Shown piece by piece: positions 8,381 to 16,174 of a DNA stretch of 64,000 nucleotides. Within the stretch, counting starts at the first letter, position 1. Each line of letters opens with the position of its first letter. Both the position numbers and the translations under genes were made by a program. The DNA comes from Candidatus Eiseniibacteriota bacterium. Lineage in GTDB: Bacteria > Eisenbacteria > RBG-16-71-46 > CAVPCR01. The DNA is taken from assembly GCA_963702435.1 (NCBI GenBank), contig CAVPCR010000001.1, positions 1,280,001 to 1,344,000 of the forward strand. The letters are read 5' to 3'. A model generated the notes under the pieces. That model worked only from the letters and a program-made list of their open reading frames with translations. It was not told where the DNA came from and searched no databases.

Positions 8381-11300
8381 ATGTCATTCTTGCGACGCCT
8401 TCCGGCCGTCGTCCTCAGCGGACTCGCTCTGGTCGCGGCGTTCCTCGTCGCGGCGTTCCTCGTCGCCGTTCCTCGTCCCTGCCCCGCCGCGCCGCGCGGG
8501 ACGGTGATCGAGGACTTCGAATCCGGATCGGTCACGCTCCGGAGCTACGGGACCGAGGACCGGAGCCCGAACTCCTGGGAGCTGACCGGCGAGAACACCC
8601 ACGGCGGCGCCTACGCGCTCCGCATCTACGGGAACTCCTGGAAGATCGAGGACATCGCGCCGGCCGCCGTCGCCGACTCGACCGTGTGGCAGGTCGCGGT
8701 CTACGTCGAGACGCTCGGCGAGACCCAGGCCTTCGGCGTCGGGGACGGCACGAACGAGCTCATCTACACGATGGCCGGGAGCCAGCTCCCCCAGGCGAGC
8801 TCCTGGTGGACCGTCTACCAGGGCGCGTTCCCGACCGACGAGTGGTACGCGTATCTCCTCCCCATCGGCCGCGACTGGTACGCGACCTACGGCTACTACC
8901 CGACCATCACCGAGCTCATCTACGTGAATGATGACGACTCGGGGCCGAGCGGCGTGACGGTCTTCGACGAGATCGTGGACGTCACGGTCGATCTCCCGGT
9001 CGCCCCGGTCGCCGACATCCTCTACACGATCGAGAGTCTGAAGCAGATCTCGGCCCGGCTCTTCCAGGTCACCGTGCAGTTCCACGGCCAGGTCTTCGAC
9101 CCCGACTCGAACACCCACACCTTCGCCTGGGACTTCGGCGACTCGACCTTCAGCACGATCCGGGATCCGCGCCACGAGTTCTTCGTGAGCGCCGATTACA
9201 CGTACACCGTGGGCCTCCTGGTCCGGGACGAGACCGCGCTCGCCGGGAACGACACCTGCCAGGTGCGGGTCATGGCGGGCACGGGCGATCTCCCGCTCAC
9301 CGTCAACTTCGTCGGCGACATCTTCACCGGCCGCGCCTTCGAGGCCCCCGGCGGTCTCATCGAGCGGTACGGGATCGAGGCGCTCTTCGCGCCGACGCGA
9401 CCCATCTTCGGCGAGGCGGCGGACGTGAACGTCTGCAACCTCGAGTGCTCCTACACCGATCGCGGCACCCCGCATCCGACGAAGAGCGTGGTCTTCCGGA
9501 GCCGCCCCGAGAACATCGCCGGCATCCGGTATGCCGGCGTGGATATCGCCGACATCGGCAACAACCACATCATCGACTACGGCGAGATCGGGATGCTCGA
9601 CACGATCGATCTCCTCGACGGCCTGGGCATCCGCTACTGCGGCGCCGGCACGAGCTCGTACTTCGCGCTCCAGCCGACCTTCTGGACCGAGAAGGGCGTG
9701 CGCCTCGCCTTCCTCGGCCAGTCGAACCGCACCGGGCGCGAGTGGAACTACCAGCCGTTCCTGGATGCCGGCTACAACAAGCCGGGGTTCGGCTATCTCC
9801 TGCCGCACAACCTCGAGTCAGCGGTGAACGATGCGCGCGGCAGCGCCGACATCGTGGTCGTGCAGCTCCACAGCGGCGACGAGTACGAGACCGAACCTGG
9901 CGACCAGGCGTTTGCGGTGTCCCCTCCCGTCGAGGCCGACCAGATCGGACCCGCGGATCCGGACTTCCGCTTCCGTGTCGAGCCCACGCCGACCGAACGT
10001 GAACTGCGGCGCCTGGCCGTGGATCTCGGCGCCGACGTCGTCATCAATCACCATCCGCACGTGCTGCAGGGCTTCGAGTCCTACCACGGGAAGCTCATCG
10101 CGCACAGCCTCGGCAACTTCCTCTTCGACCTCCACTACGTCGAGACCATGCCGACCCTCGTTCTCACCCTCGAGGTGATGAAGGACGGGATCGCCGGCTA
10201 TCGCTTCACACCGGCATGGATCGACGACTACATCCCAGAGCCCGCCACCGGCCAGCTCGGCCGCGAGATCATGGACCGGATCGCAGACTACTCGCGACCG
10301 ATGGACGCGCTTGTCGCCGTGTCGCCGGCGGAGAACATGGCGCGGGTCTACCTGAGTCGCGCCGCTGTCGATTCCACGCTGACGGCCGGCGAGGCCACCG
10401 CGGCGATGGTGGCGGACGGCGGCGGCTGGCTCTCGCCGCCGCTCGAGCTTCCGGGTCACGGGAGCCTCTCGCGGATCGTATCGGTGACCGGCGGCGCCGT
10501 GAGCGACTGGGAAGTCTCGTGGGGACGCGAGATCCTCTGGCACGGGAGCTTCGAGGCGGAGGGCGCGACCCTCTGGGATCTGAACTCGGACGACGAGTGG
10601 CTCGACGAGACCGAACCGCACACGGGCCTCCGCTCGCTCGCGCTACGGCGCGAGCGGAGCGACCAGGGGGAAGCGGGCACCGATCTCGAGCGGCATCTGC
10701 CGTGCGATCCCACCGCCCGCCACACGGCCGCGGGCTATCTGAAGGCCGACAATGCCGCGAACGCGCGCATGATGGCCCGCTTCTACACGGATCGCTCCAC
10801 GACAAACCCGATCACCTCGACCGATCTCGCGCCGCGGGTGACCGGGAGCGCGGGCTGGACCTACCAGTGGAAGGAGCTCGTGACCCCGTCGAACGGCGAC
10901 TACTTCGAGGTGCGCTGCTCGAATGAACCGCCGACTGCAGGCACCGGTCACGCCAGGTTCGATGACATCAAGTTCATCGAGTGGGAGCCGTGGCGGCCGG
11001 CGACTGGGCCGCTCGAGATCCCGGCGCCCAACAACTACCGCTTCCTGCAGGTGCGTAGCGCGAGCGCCGGCGCGATCGCGGTCACGGTCGCATTCGAGGA
11101 GACCGCGTACGAGCGGTCGACGGTGGCGGCGCCATCAGGAGCGGGAGATGTACCGCGCCGCGCGCGGCTCGCGAACTACCCGAACCCGTTCAACCCACGC
11201 ACAACGATCGAGCTCACGCTGCCGGCGGGGCCCGCAGGCGGCGGCCTCGAGGCGGTCGCGGTGCGCATCTACGACGCGAGCGGGCGCCTGGTCACGACCC

Positions 11301-11452
11301 TCTTCGATGGGAAGCTGCCGGGCGGCACGCAGAACGGGATGAGCTGGGACGGCCGGGACGCGCGCGGACATACGATGCCGAGCGGCGTCTACTTCGTCCG
11401 CGCACGGATCGGGCGGGAGCACCTCGATCAGAAGATCGTCCTCTTGAGGTGA
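8381..11452 (+). CDS. Secreted CapA-family metallophosphatase with PKD, CBM-like and C-terminal FlgD-Ig/T9SS-like domains
   Basis: Signal peptide, AWDFGD (PKD), VGDI, CNLEC, GNNHIIDYG, QLHSGDEY, HHPHVLQG, HSLGNF. C-terminus has NYPNPFNP...IYDASGRLV...WDGRD...SGVYF. Confidence 0.9.
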   Translation: MSFLRRLPAVVLSGLALVAAFLVAAFLVAVPRPCPAAPRGTVIEDFESGSVTLRSYGTEDRSPNSWELTGENTHGGAYALRIYGNSWKIEDIAPAAVADSTVWQVAVYVETLGETQAFGVGDGTNELIYTMAGSQLPQASSWWTVYQGAFPTDEWYAYLLPIGRDWYATYGYYPTITELIYVNDDDSGPSGVTVFDEIVDVTVDLPVAPVADILYTIESLKQISARLFQVTVQFHGQVFDPDSNTHTFAWDFGDSTFSTIRDPRHEFFVSADYTYTVGLLVRDETALAGNDTCQVRVMAGTGDLPLTVNFVGDIFTGRAFEAPGGLIERYGIEALFAPTRPIFGEAADVNVCNLECSYTDRGTPHPTKSVVFRSRPENIAGIRYAGVDIADIGNNHIIDYGEIGMLDTIDLLDGLGIRYCGAGTSSYFALQPTFWTEKGVRLAFLGQSNRTGREWNYQPFLDAGYNKPGFGYLLPHNLESAVNDARGSADIVVVQLHSGDEYETEPGDQAFAVSPPVEADQIGPADPDFRFRVEPTPTERELRRLAVDLGADVVINHHPHVLQGFESYHGKLIAHSLGNFLFDLHYVETMPTLVLTLEVMKDGIAGYRFTPAWIDDYIPEPATGQLGREIMDRIADYSRPMDALVAVSPAENMARVYLSRAAVDSTLTAGEATAAMVADGGGWLSPPLELPGHGSLSRIVSVTGGAVSDWEVSWGREILWHGSFEAEGATLWDLNSDDEWLDETEPHTGLRSLALRRERSDQGEAGTDLERHLPCDPTARHTAAGYLKADNAANARMMARFYTDRSTTNPITSTDLAPRVTGSAGWTYQWKELVTPSNGDYFEVRCSNEPPTAGTGHARFDDIKFIEWEPWRPATGPLEIPAPNNYRFLQVRSASAGAIAVTVAFEETAYERSTVAAPSGAGDVPRRARLANYPNPFNPRTTIELTLPAGPAGGGLEAVAVRIYDASGRLVTTLFDGKLPGGTQNGMSWDGRDARGHTMPSGVYFVRARIGREHLDQKIVLLR

Positions 11453-11790
11453 GAGGGGTCGAGCCGCCCGGGCTTGCGACTGGCTCTGGCCTCGGGCCCG
11501 GCGGTCTGGGGACCGGCGGCCTCGGACCCGGCAACCTCGGACCCGGCGGCTTCAGGCTCGGCGGTCCCATCCGGGGGCTGGGGCTCGCCCCCATCGGCCA
11601 TGGTGACGCCGATCGTGGTGACGCCGACCGCGCGATGATGAGCGGCGGGCCTCGTGGCGTCCGACTCCGCGCGCTCCGCCAGGTCGCGAACGATCGCCCG
11701 GGCGACGATCACCAGGAAGACCGCACATGCCGCGCCGAGCCCGATATTGACCAGAGTGAGCCTGAGCGTATCGCGATCGAACAGGTCCAT
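11428..11790 (-). CDS. Hypothetical small single-TM membrane protein with 15-bp-repeat low-complexity tail
   Basis: MDLFD start after GAGGT, TM segment LTLVNIGLGAACAVFLVIVA, tail EAAGS/EVAGS/EAAGP. Its 3' end overlaps the convergent gene. Confidence 0.5.
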   Translation of the reverse strand: MDLFDRDTLRLTLVNIGLGAACAVFLVIVARAIVRDLAERAESDATRPAAHHRAVGVTTIGVTMADGGEPQPPDGTAEPEAAGSEVAGSEAAGPQTAGPEARASRKPGRLDPSHLKRTIF

Positions 11791-12016
11791 CGACCTCGCC
11801 CGTTGCCTTCGCCATCCGGACTCGCAGACCGCATCCGAGTTTACAATCTGCAAGGAACGATCCAACGCCGCGCCTCGAGCAGGGTGTGCTTTGCACAACT
11901 GCCATGGCATCACCCGGTTGACGCTGCCAAGAGGGGGCGCGATCGGGAAGCCCCTGCGCCTCGAGTCATCGCTGGAAGTGTCGTGAATAACGACTGCCCG
12001 TCGTCTCTCTCGGCAA

Positions 12017-12031
12017 CGGCACGATCTATGC
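12017..12031 (+). promoter_or_regulatory. Sigma54-like -24/-12 promoter
   Basis: CGGCACGATCTATGC gives GG-N10-GC, about 135 bp upstream of CDS 12166. Confidence 0.45.
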
Positions 12032-12165
12032 GCGTCGACAGAGCGCAGACCGAGTCTATACTACCTGGCGACTCGGAACCGCACGACACTCTCCATTCGG
12101 GCGCCCACGGGGCGTCACGGCCTCTTGGCCAGCCCCGGTGAGGCGCCGGGCAAGGAGGCCGAACC

Positions 12166-12798
12166 ATGTCGAAGTTACATCTCTTCCTGATCCAGGCGGC
12201 GATGTGCGCCGCCCTTCTCGGACTCGCCCCTCTCGCCCGCGGCGACGTCCAGATCATCCTGCACGCGATCGATCATCCGGATCGCGTCCACTGCTACGTC
12301 CCGGCCGATGCGGGGTATCGCGACCCGGTCGTGGACACGCGCACTGCGGTGGAACCGAACTCGGAGATCGACGTCTTCGTCTTTCTGCGTGGCGATGCCA
12401 CGGCAGTCGGCGCCGGCTTCCGCCTCCTCTGGCCTTCCGAGTGGGAGTACTTCGGCTGGGTCGGCGACTGCCAGCCGGGCGCGAGCATGATCACCGATTT
12501 CGATGGCCACTGGATCGATATCGCGATCGTGTGGGAGGCGGGCTCCGGCAACGATCTGCTGGTGCTCGGCTATGCATCCTTCCGCACGGGCGCGAACGGC
12601 GAGGTGGCGATCCTCAACACGCGGTTCTGCATAGAAGATGGAGCCACCTGCTATCTGAGCGGCGACCTGGTGGAACACCCCATCCCCATCCCGCACCTCG
12701 GGCGGGTTGCGGTGGGCGGCCCCGGCTACAACCCGGCGGCGGTCACGCCGGTCGCCGCTTCGACCTGGGGCGCGATCAAAGCGACATATCGCGACTGA
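12166..12798 (+). CDS. Secreted beta-rich hypothetical protein with C-terminal TWGxIK motif
   Basis: AAGGAGG SD, signal peptide ending ARG-D, C-terminus TPVAASTWGAIKATYRD. Confidence 0.85.
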   Translation: MSKLHLFLIQAAMCAALLGLAPLARGDVQIILHAIDHPDRVHCYVPADAGYRDPVVDTRTAVEPNSEIDVFVFLRGDATAVGAGFRLLWPSEWEYFGWVGDCQPGASMITDFDGHWIDIAIVWEAGSGNDLLVLGYASFRTGANGEVAILNTRFCIEDGATCYLSGDLVEHPIPIPHLGRVAVGGPGYNPAAVTPVAASTWGAIKATYRD

Positions 12799-12828
12799 GA
12801 CGACCGGGCCGCGACGCGGCGCCGGCGG

Positions 12829-14325
12829 TCAGGGCAACCGCACGATGGCGACGGAGAGCGGCTTCCCGCCGGCGGTCCCGAGCCGGGCATGATAGACGCC
12901 GGCGGCGGTGATGTGGCCGCGCTCATCGCGGCCGTCCCAGACTGCTTCGGCTGCGCCCGCCGCGCCGGAAAACTCGAGCCGCCGAACGACGCGGCCGTTC
13001 GCGTCCACGATGTCGAGGGTGGCACCGCGCGTGGCGAGCGGGGCCGCGATGCGAACGGATTCGCCGGCGCCGGCCGGGTTGGGCGCGACTCGGAGTGAGA
13101 CCGCCGGCGCCGCCACCGGCTCGGGCAACGCGCTCGTGCCGCTCGGGAGATACACGGTCGTCCGGTAGATACGGCCGAGGCCCGAGCGCGAGCCGGCGCA
13201 CCACAGCGAGACCGAGTCGGGGCTCACACGCGCCCAGTCGATGCCCTTCATCTCACAGCTGGTGTCGGCGTCGAGGTTCCAGCTCGAGCCGCCGTCAGTA
13301 GTGCTCCAGATGCCGCCCACCGCACCGAAGTAGTTGCCGCCGACCGCGAAGCCAAGCGCCTCATCGAGAAAGAGCAGAGAGCGAATCGGGTAGGGTGCAT
13401 TGAGAACACGTCCGCTCCAGGTCGCTCCGCCATCGGTCGTGCGATGCACCCAGCCCGAGACCGGGGCCGAGATCTGCCCGCCGCCGGTCCAGCCGTGCAT
13501 GGGATCGACGAAACACACTCCGCCGTCGAAGACCGGATCGATGCTCGGCCGGCGCGAGTACGACAGGCCGCCGTTGGTCGACTGACAGAAGCTGATGCCG
13601 GTGAGATAGACGTAGAGGTTGTCCGGCATGAACGTGAAATTGCCCGCGAACCAGCCCTGGGTGGGATCCGCGAGAATCCGCGTCCAGTCGGTGGATGTTG
13701 CGCCACCGTTCGTCGTCACGTAAGTGAGGCCGGAGCCGATCGCGGTCGCCACCCCGTGCCGGCGGTCGGCGAACTGGTTGATGGTGAGCCAGTTGCCCGG
13801 GTCGATCACGATATCGGCGGTCCAGGTGACGCCGCCGTCGGTGGACCAGCGCGCGATGCCGGCCCCCGTCTGGTTCTGGAACCCGGTGATGAAGACCGAG
13901 TCCGCCGTGAAGGCGTGGACGCCGTACCAGTAGCGAGGGAAACCGATGTTCATGACGGGCTGCCAGGTTGTCCCGTCGGTGGTCCGGTAGACGCGGCCGA
14001 GCTCGGCCGCGGCGAAGCCATGCGTGGCGTCGGCCATCGAGAGGTCGGTGAACACTCCGTCGTTCTGCGCCTGCAGGGTCCACGAGAAACTGTCGGAGGA
14101 CGGTTGAACCGGGGGCTGGAGGGCGTTCGCCGCCGCGAGCCCGGGGCCGCTCTTCGGGAGCCGATCGACGACCGTGACCCCGTCGGCGGCGATCAGCTGC
14201 TGGACGACGGCCGGCGCCTCAGCGGGAGCCGGAGCGCTGGCGACCAGGGCGGCGAGGGGGATGGCGACGAGCGGAAGATGGCGGAAGAGAGCCGAGCGGA
14301 GCAGGGCGTGCACGTGCCGGACCAT
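12829..14325 (-). CDS. Secreted BNR/Asp-box (YCF48-like) beta-propeller with FlgD-Ig/T9SS-like CTD
   Basis: GAGGAGG SD before MVRH. Repeated (R/S)TTDGGxTW boxes. C-terminus VAPNP...IVDANGRVV...WDGRD...AGVY. Confidence 0.88.
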   Translation of the reverse strand: MVRHVHALLRSALFRHLPLVAIPLAALVASAPAPAEAPAVVQQLIAADGVTVVDRLPKSGPGLAAANALQPPVQPSSDSFSWTLQAQNDGVFTDLSMADATHGFAAAELGRVYRTTDGTTWQPVMNIGFPRYWYGVHAFTADSVFITGFQNQTGAGIARWSTDGGVTWTADIVIDPGNWLTINQFADRRHGVATAIGSGLTYVTTNGGATSTDWTRILADPTQGWFAGNFTFMPDNLYVYLTGISFCQSTNGGLSYSRRPSIDPVFDGGVCFVDPMHGWTGGGQISAPVSGWVHRTTDGGATWSGRVLNAPYPIRSLLFLDEALGFAVGGNYFGAVGGIWSTTDGGSSWNLDADTSCEMKGIDWARVSPDSVSLWCAGSRSGLGRIYRTTVYLPSGTSALPEPVAAPAVSLRVAPNPAGAGESVRIAAPLATRGATLDIVDANGRVVRRLEFSGAAGAAEAVWDGRDERGHITAAGVYHARLGTAGGKPLSVAIVRLP

Positions 14326-14524
14326 GGGGGCCTCCTCGGGTGGCTGTCGACCATGCTGGTCGAGTTCGATTCTACACCCTTGAAACCCGGTCGGCCGTGG
14401 GGATACGACGAGCCCCGCTCGTCGCTGACAACTCGGTTTGCTCAAGTGACAACGCCGTTGGCGGCGAAAGGAGAGGCGGTCGGGTAGTGCGCCGAAAACG
14501 GCCTCTTTCCAGGATCTGGGCCGC

Positions 14525-14539
14525 GGGCACGATCCATGC
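14525..14539 (+). promoter_or_regulatory. Sigma54-like -24/-12 promoter with no downstream + strand CDS
   Basis: GGGCACGATCCATGC (GG-N10-GC), nearly identical to the 12017 site, about 85 bp upstream of the repeat array. Confidence 0.4.
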
Positions 14540-14623
14540 AGGATGCTGATTCCGGAGTCCCGTGCCGGAGAAGGCGCCCGATGGAGCGGGGTAGCAATCA
14601 CGCGGGCGGCGGCTGAGGGAGGG

Positions 14624-14905
14624 GAGTTCACAAGACCCGACAGCGTTTGCCGCACGGCCGCGGTGGCGGCGGGGGCAGGCGCGAGAGTTCACAAGACCCG
14701 ACAGCGTTTGCCGCACGGCCGCGGCGGTGGCGGCGGCAGGCGAGGGAGTTCACAGGACCCGACAGCATTTGCCGCACGGCCGCGGCGGCGGGGGCAGGCG
14801 AGGGAGTTCACAAGACCCGACAGCGTTTGCCGCGCGGCCGCGGCGGCGGGGGCAGGCGAGGGAGTTCACAAGACCCGACAGCGTTTGCCGCACGGCCGCG
14901 GCGGC
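14624..14905. repeat. Five-copy intergenic tandem repeat, period 58-61 bp
   Basis: Core GAGTTCACAAGACCCGACAGCGTTTGCCGCACGGCCGCGG starts at 14624, 14685, 14746, 14804 and 14862, joined by similar G-rich linkers. Confidence 0.95.
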
Positions 14906-14945
14906 CTCTGGAGGCGGCTTGCCGCAGGAGGCAAGTTGGGCCCGA

Positions 14946-15812
14946 TCAGAGACGGCGAGCCGGGTCGAGATCCGAGTCGGAGCCCCGGTGCGCACGGTCT
15001 TCGGGCCCCATCGCAGAGGGCGGCGCTCCCAGATCTCCGGATACGGGCGACGAGCCCCGCTTGAGAAGGCGGTAGGCGAGCAGCAGGCCGCCCAGCGCCG
15101 CATAGACAGCCGTCAGCCCGACATAGAGAACCGACATGGCCAGGGCGTGCGTCTCCGCCCCCGGCAGGTCGATCTCCTTGAAGAAGAAGACGTATCCCGC
15201 ATCGCGCAGACCGAGCCCGTAGATGGAGATCGGAATGGACTCGAGAATCGTGATGATCGGCACGAAGACCAGGAAGTCGACCAGGGGAACACGAAGCGCC
15301 AGGGATCGAGCCAGAAGGAACACGGCCACTGAAATCAAGAACTGGAACAGGAACGAGATGCCGATGATCCTGCCTATGAGAGTGGGGTGCTCGCGATAGG
15401 ACCGGAACGAGACGAAGAGCCGATCCACGAGGCGATCGAGCCGGGGAATGCGCCGGAGGCCTAGAGCCGTCAGGAGCCGGCGGCTGTAAGCCGGCCACAG
15501 GAGGGCCGATGCCAGTCCCAGCAGGGCACAGAGCAGCAACACGGCGAAGATGATGTAGTTGTGGTGGCCGATCGAGCTGTAGGTGACGACGGAGAACAGA
15601 GCGCAGATCACTGCGAGGGCGATCAGTCCCGACAGCCGGTCGGCAATCACGGCAGCCGCGGACTTGGCGACGCGGCCGCGGCCGACGCTCGCCACGCGAT
15701 AGGTGTCGCCGCCGACCGTGGAGGGCATGAACAGGTTCAAGAATGTGCCGATGAGGTAGCTGCCGAAGAGATGGGGGAGAGACAGCCGGATCCCATCCAC
15801 TTCCAGCACCTT
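14946..15812 (-). pseudogene. Lysylphosphatidylglycerol-synthase TM domain / UPF0104 flippase-like protein, apparently N-terminally truncated
   Basis: YLIGTFLNLFMPSTVGGD, ADRLSGL and IPISIYGLGLRD motifs. Family-like sequence begins abruptly at KVLEVDGI, without the usual first TM segments. Confidence 0.65.
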
Positions 15813-16174
15813 GCCGGCGAAAATGGCGGGTCCGCGCCTCATGTTCTCCCGGGGGTTCTCGGCCACCCGAATCGGGCCGGGGCCCGGCCTCGCACGGCGT
15901 GGAGGCAGCTGTTCGCAGTGTGCGACCGCGCCGGGCGCATCGTCGAGGGAAAGTCGGAGCCACGCAGCAGAGGGTTATCCCTCAGTATGTACCCTTCGGC
16001 CCGGCTGCGTGCAGGACAGGATTCCGGTGCCTGCAGAGCATGCTGCTTGTATCCATTGATGTTGTCACCGCATATTCCCCCGTAGTATCCTCCATTTATG
16101 CAGGTTTCTATGCTCAAAGACCCGACCCGCGGAAAGCTGAGGCGGTTCCCCGCACGCCACGTATAATGTCTCGA

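Noticed and set aside
8381..11452. Poly-gamma-glutamate capsule locus
   Set aside because: No capB/capC neighbours.
14624..14905. CRISPR array
   Set aside because: Inter-repeat segments are only 18-21 bp and nearly identical G-rich sequence, and there are no cas genes in the window.
14543..15332. ORFs translated across the repeat array
   Set aside because: Repetitive Arg/Ala/Gly-rich translations in several frames, and the repeat period is not a multiple of 3.
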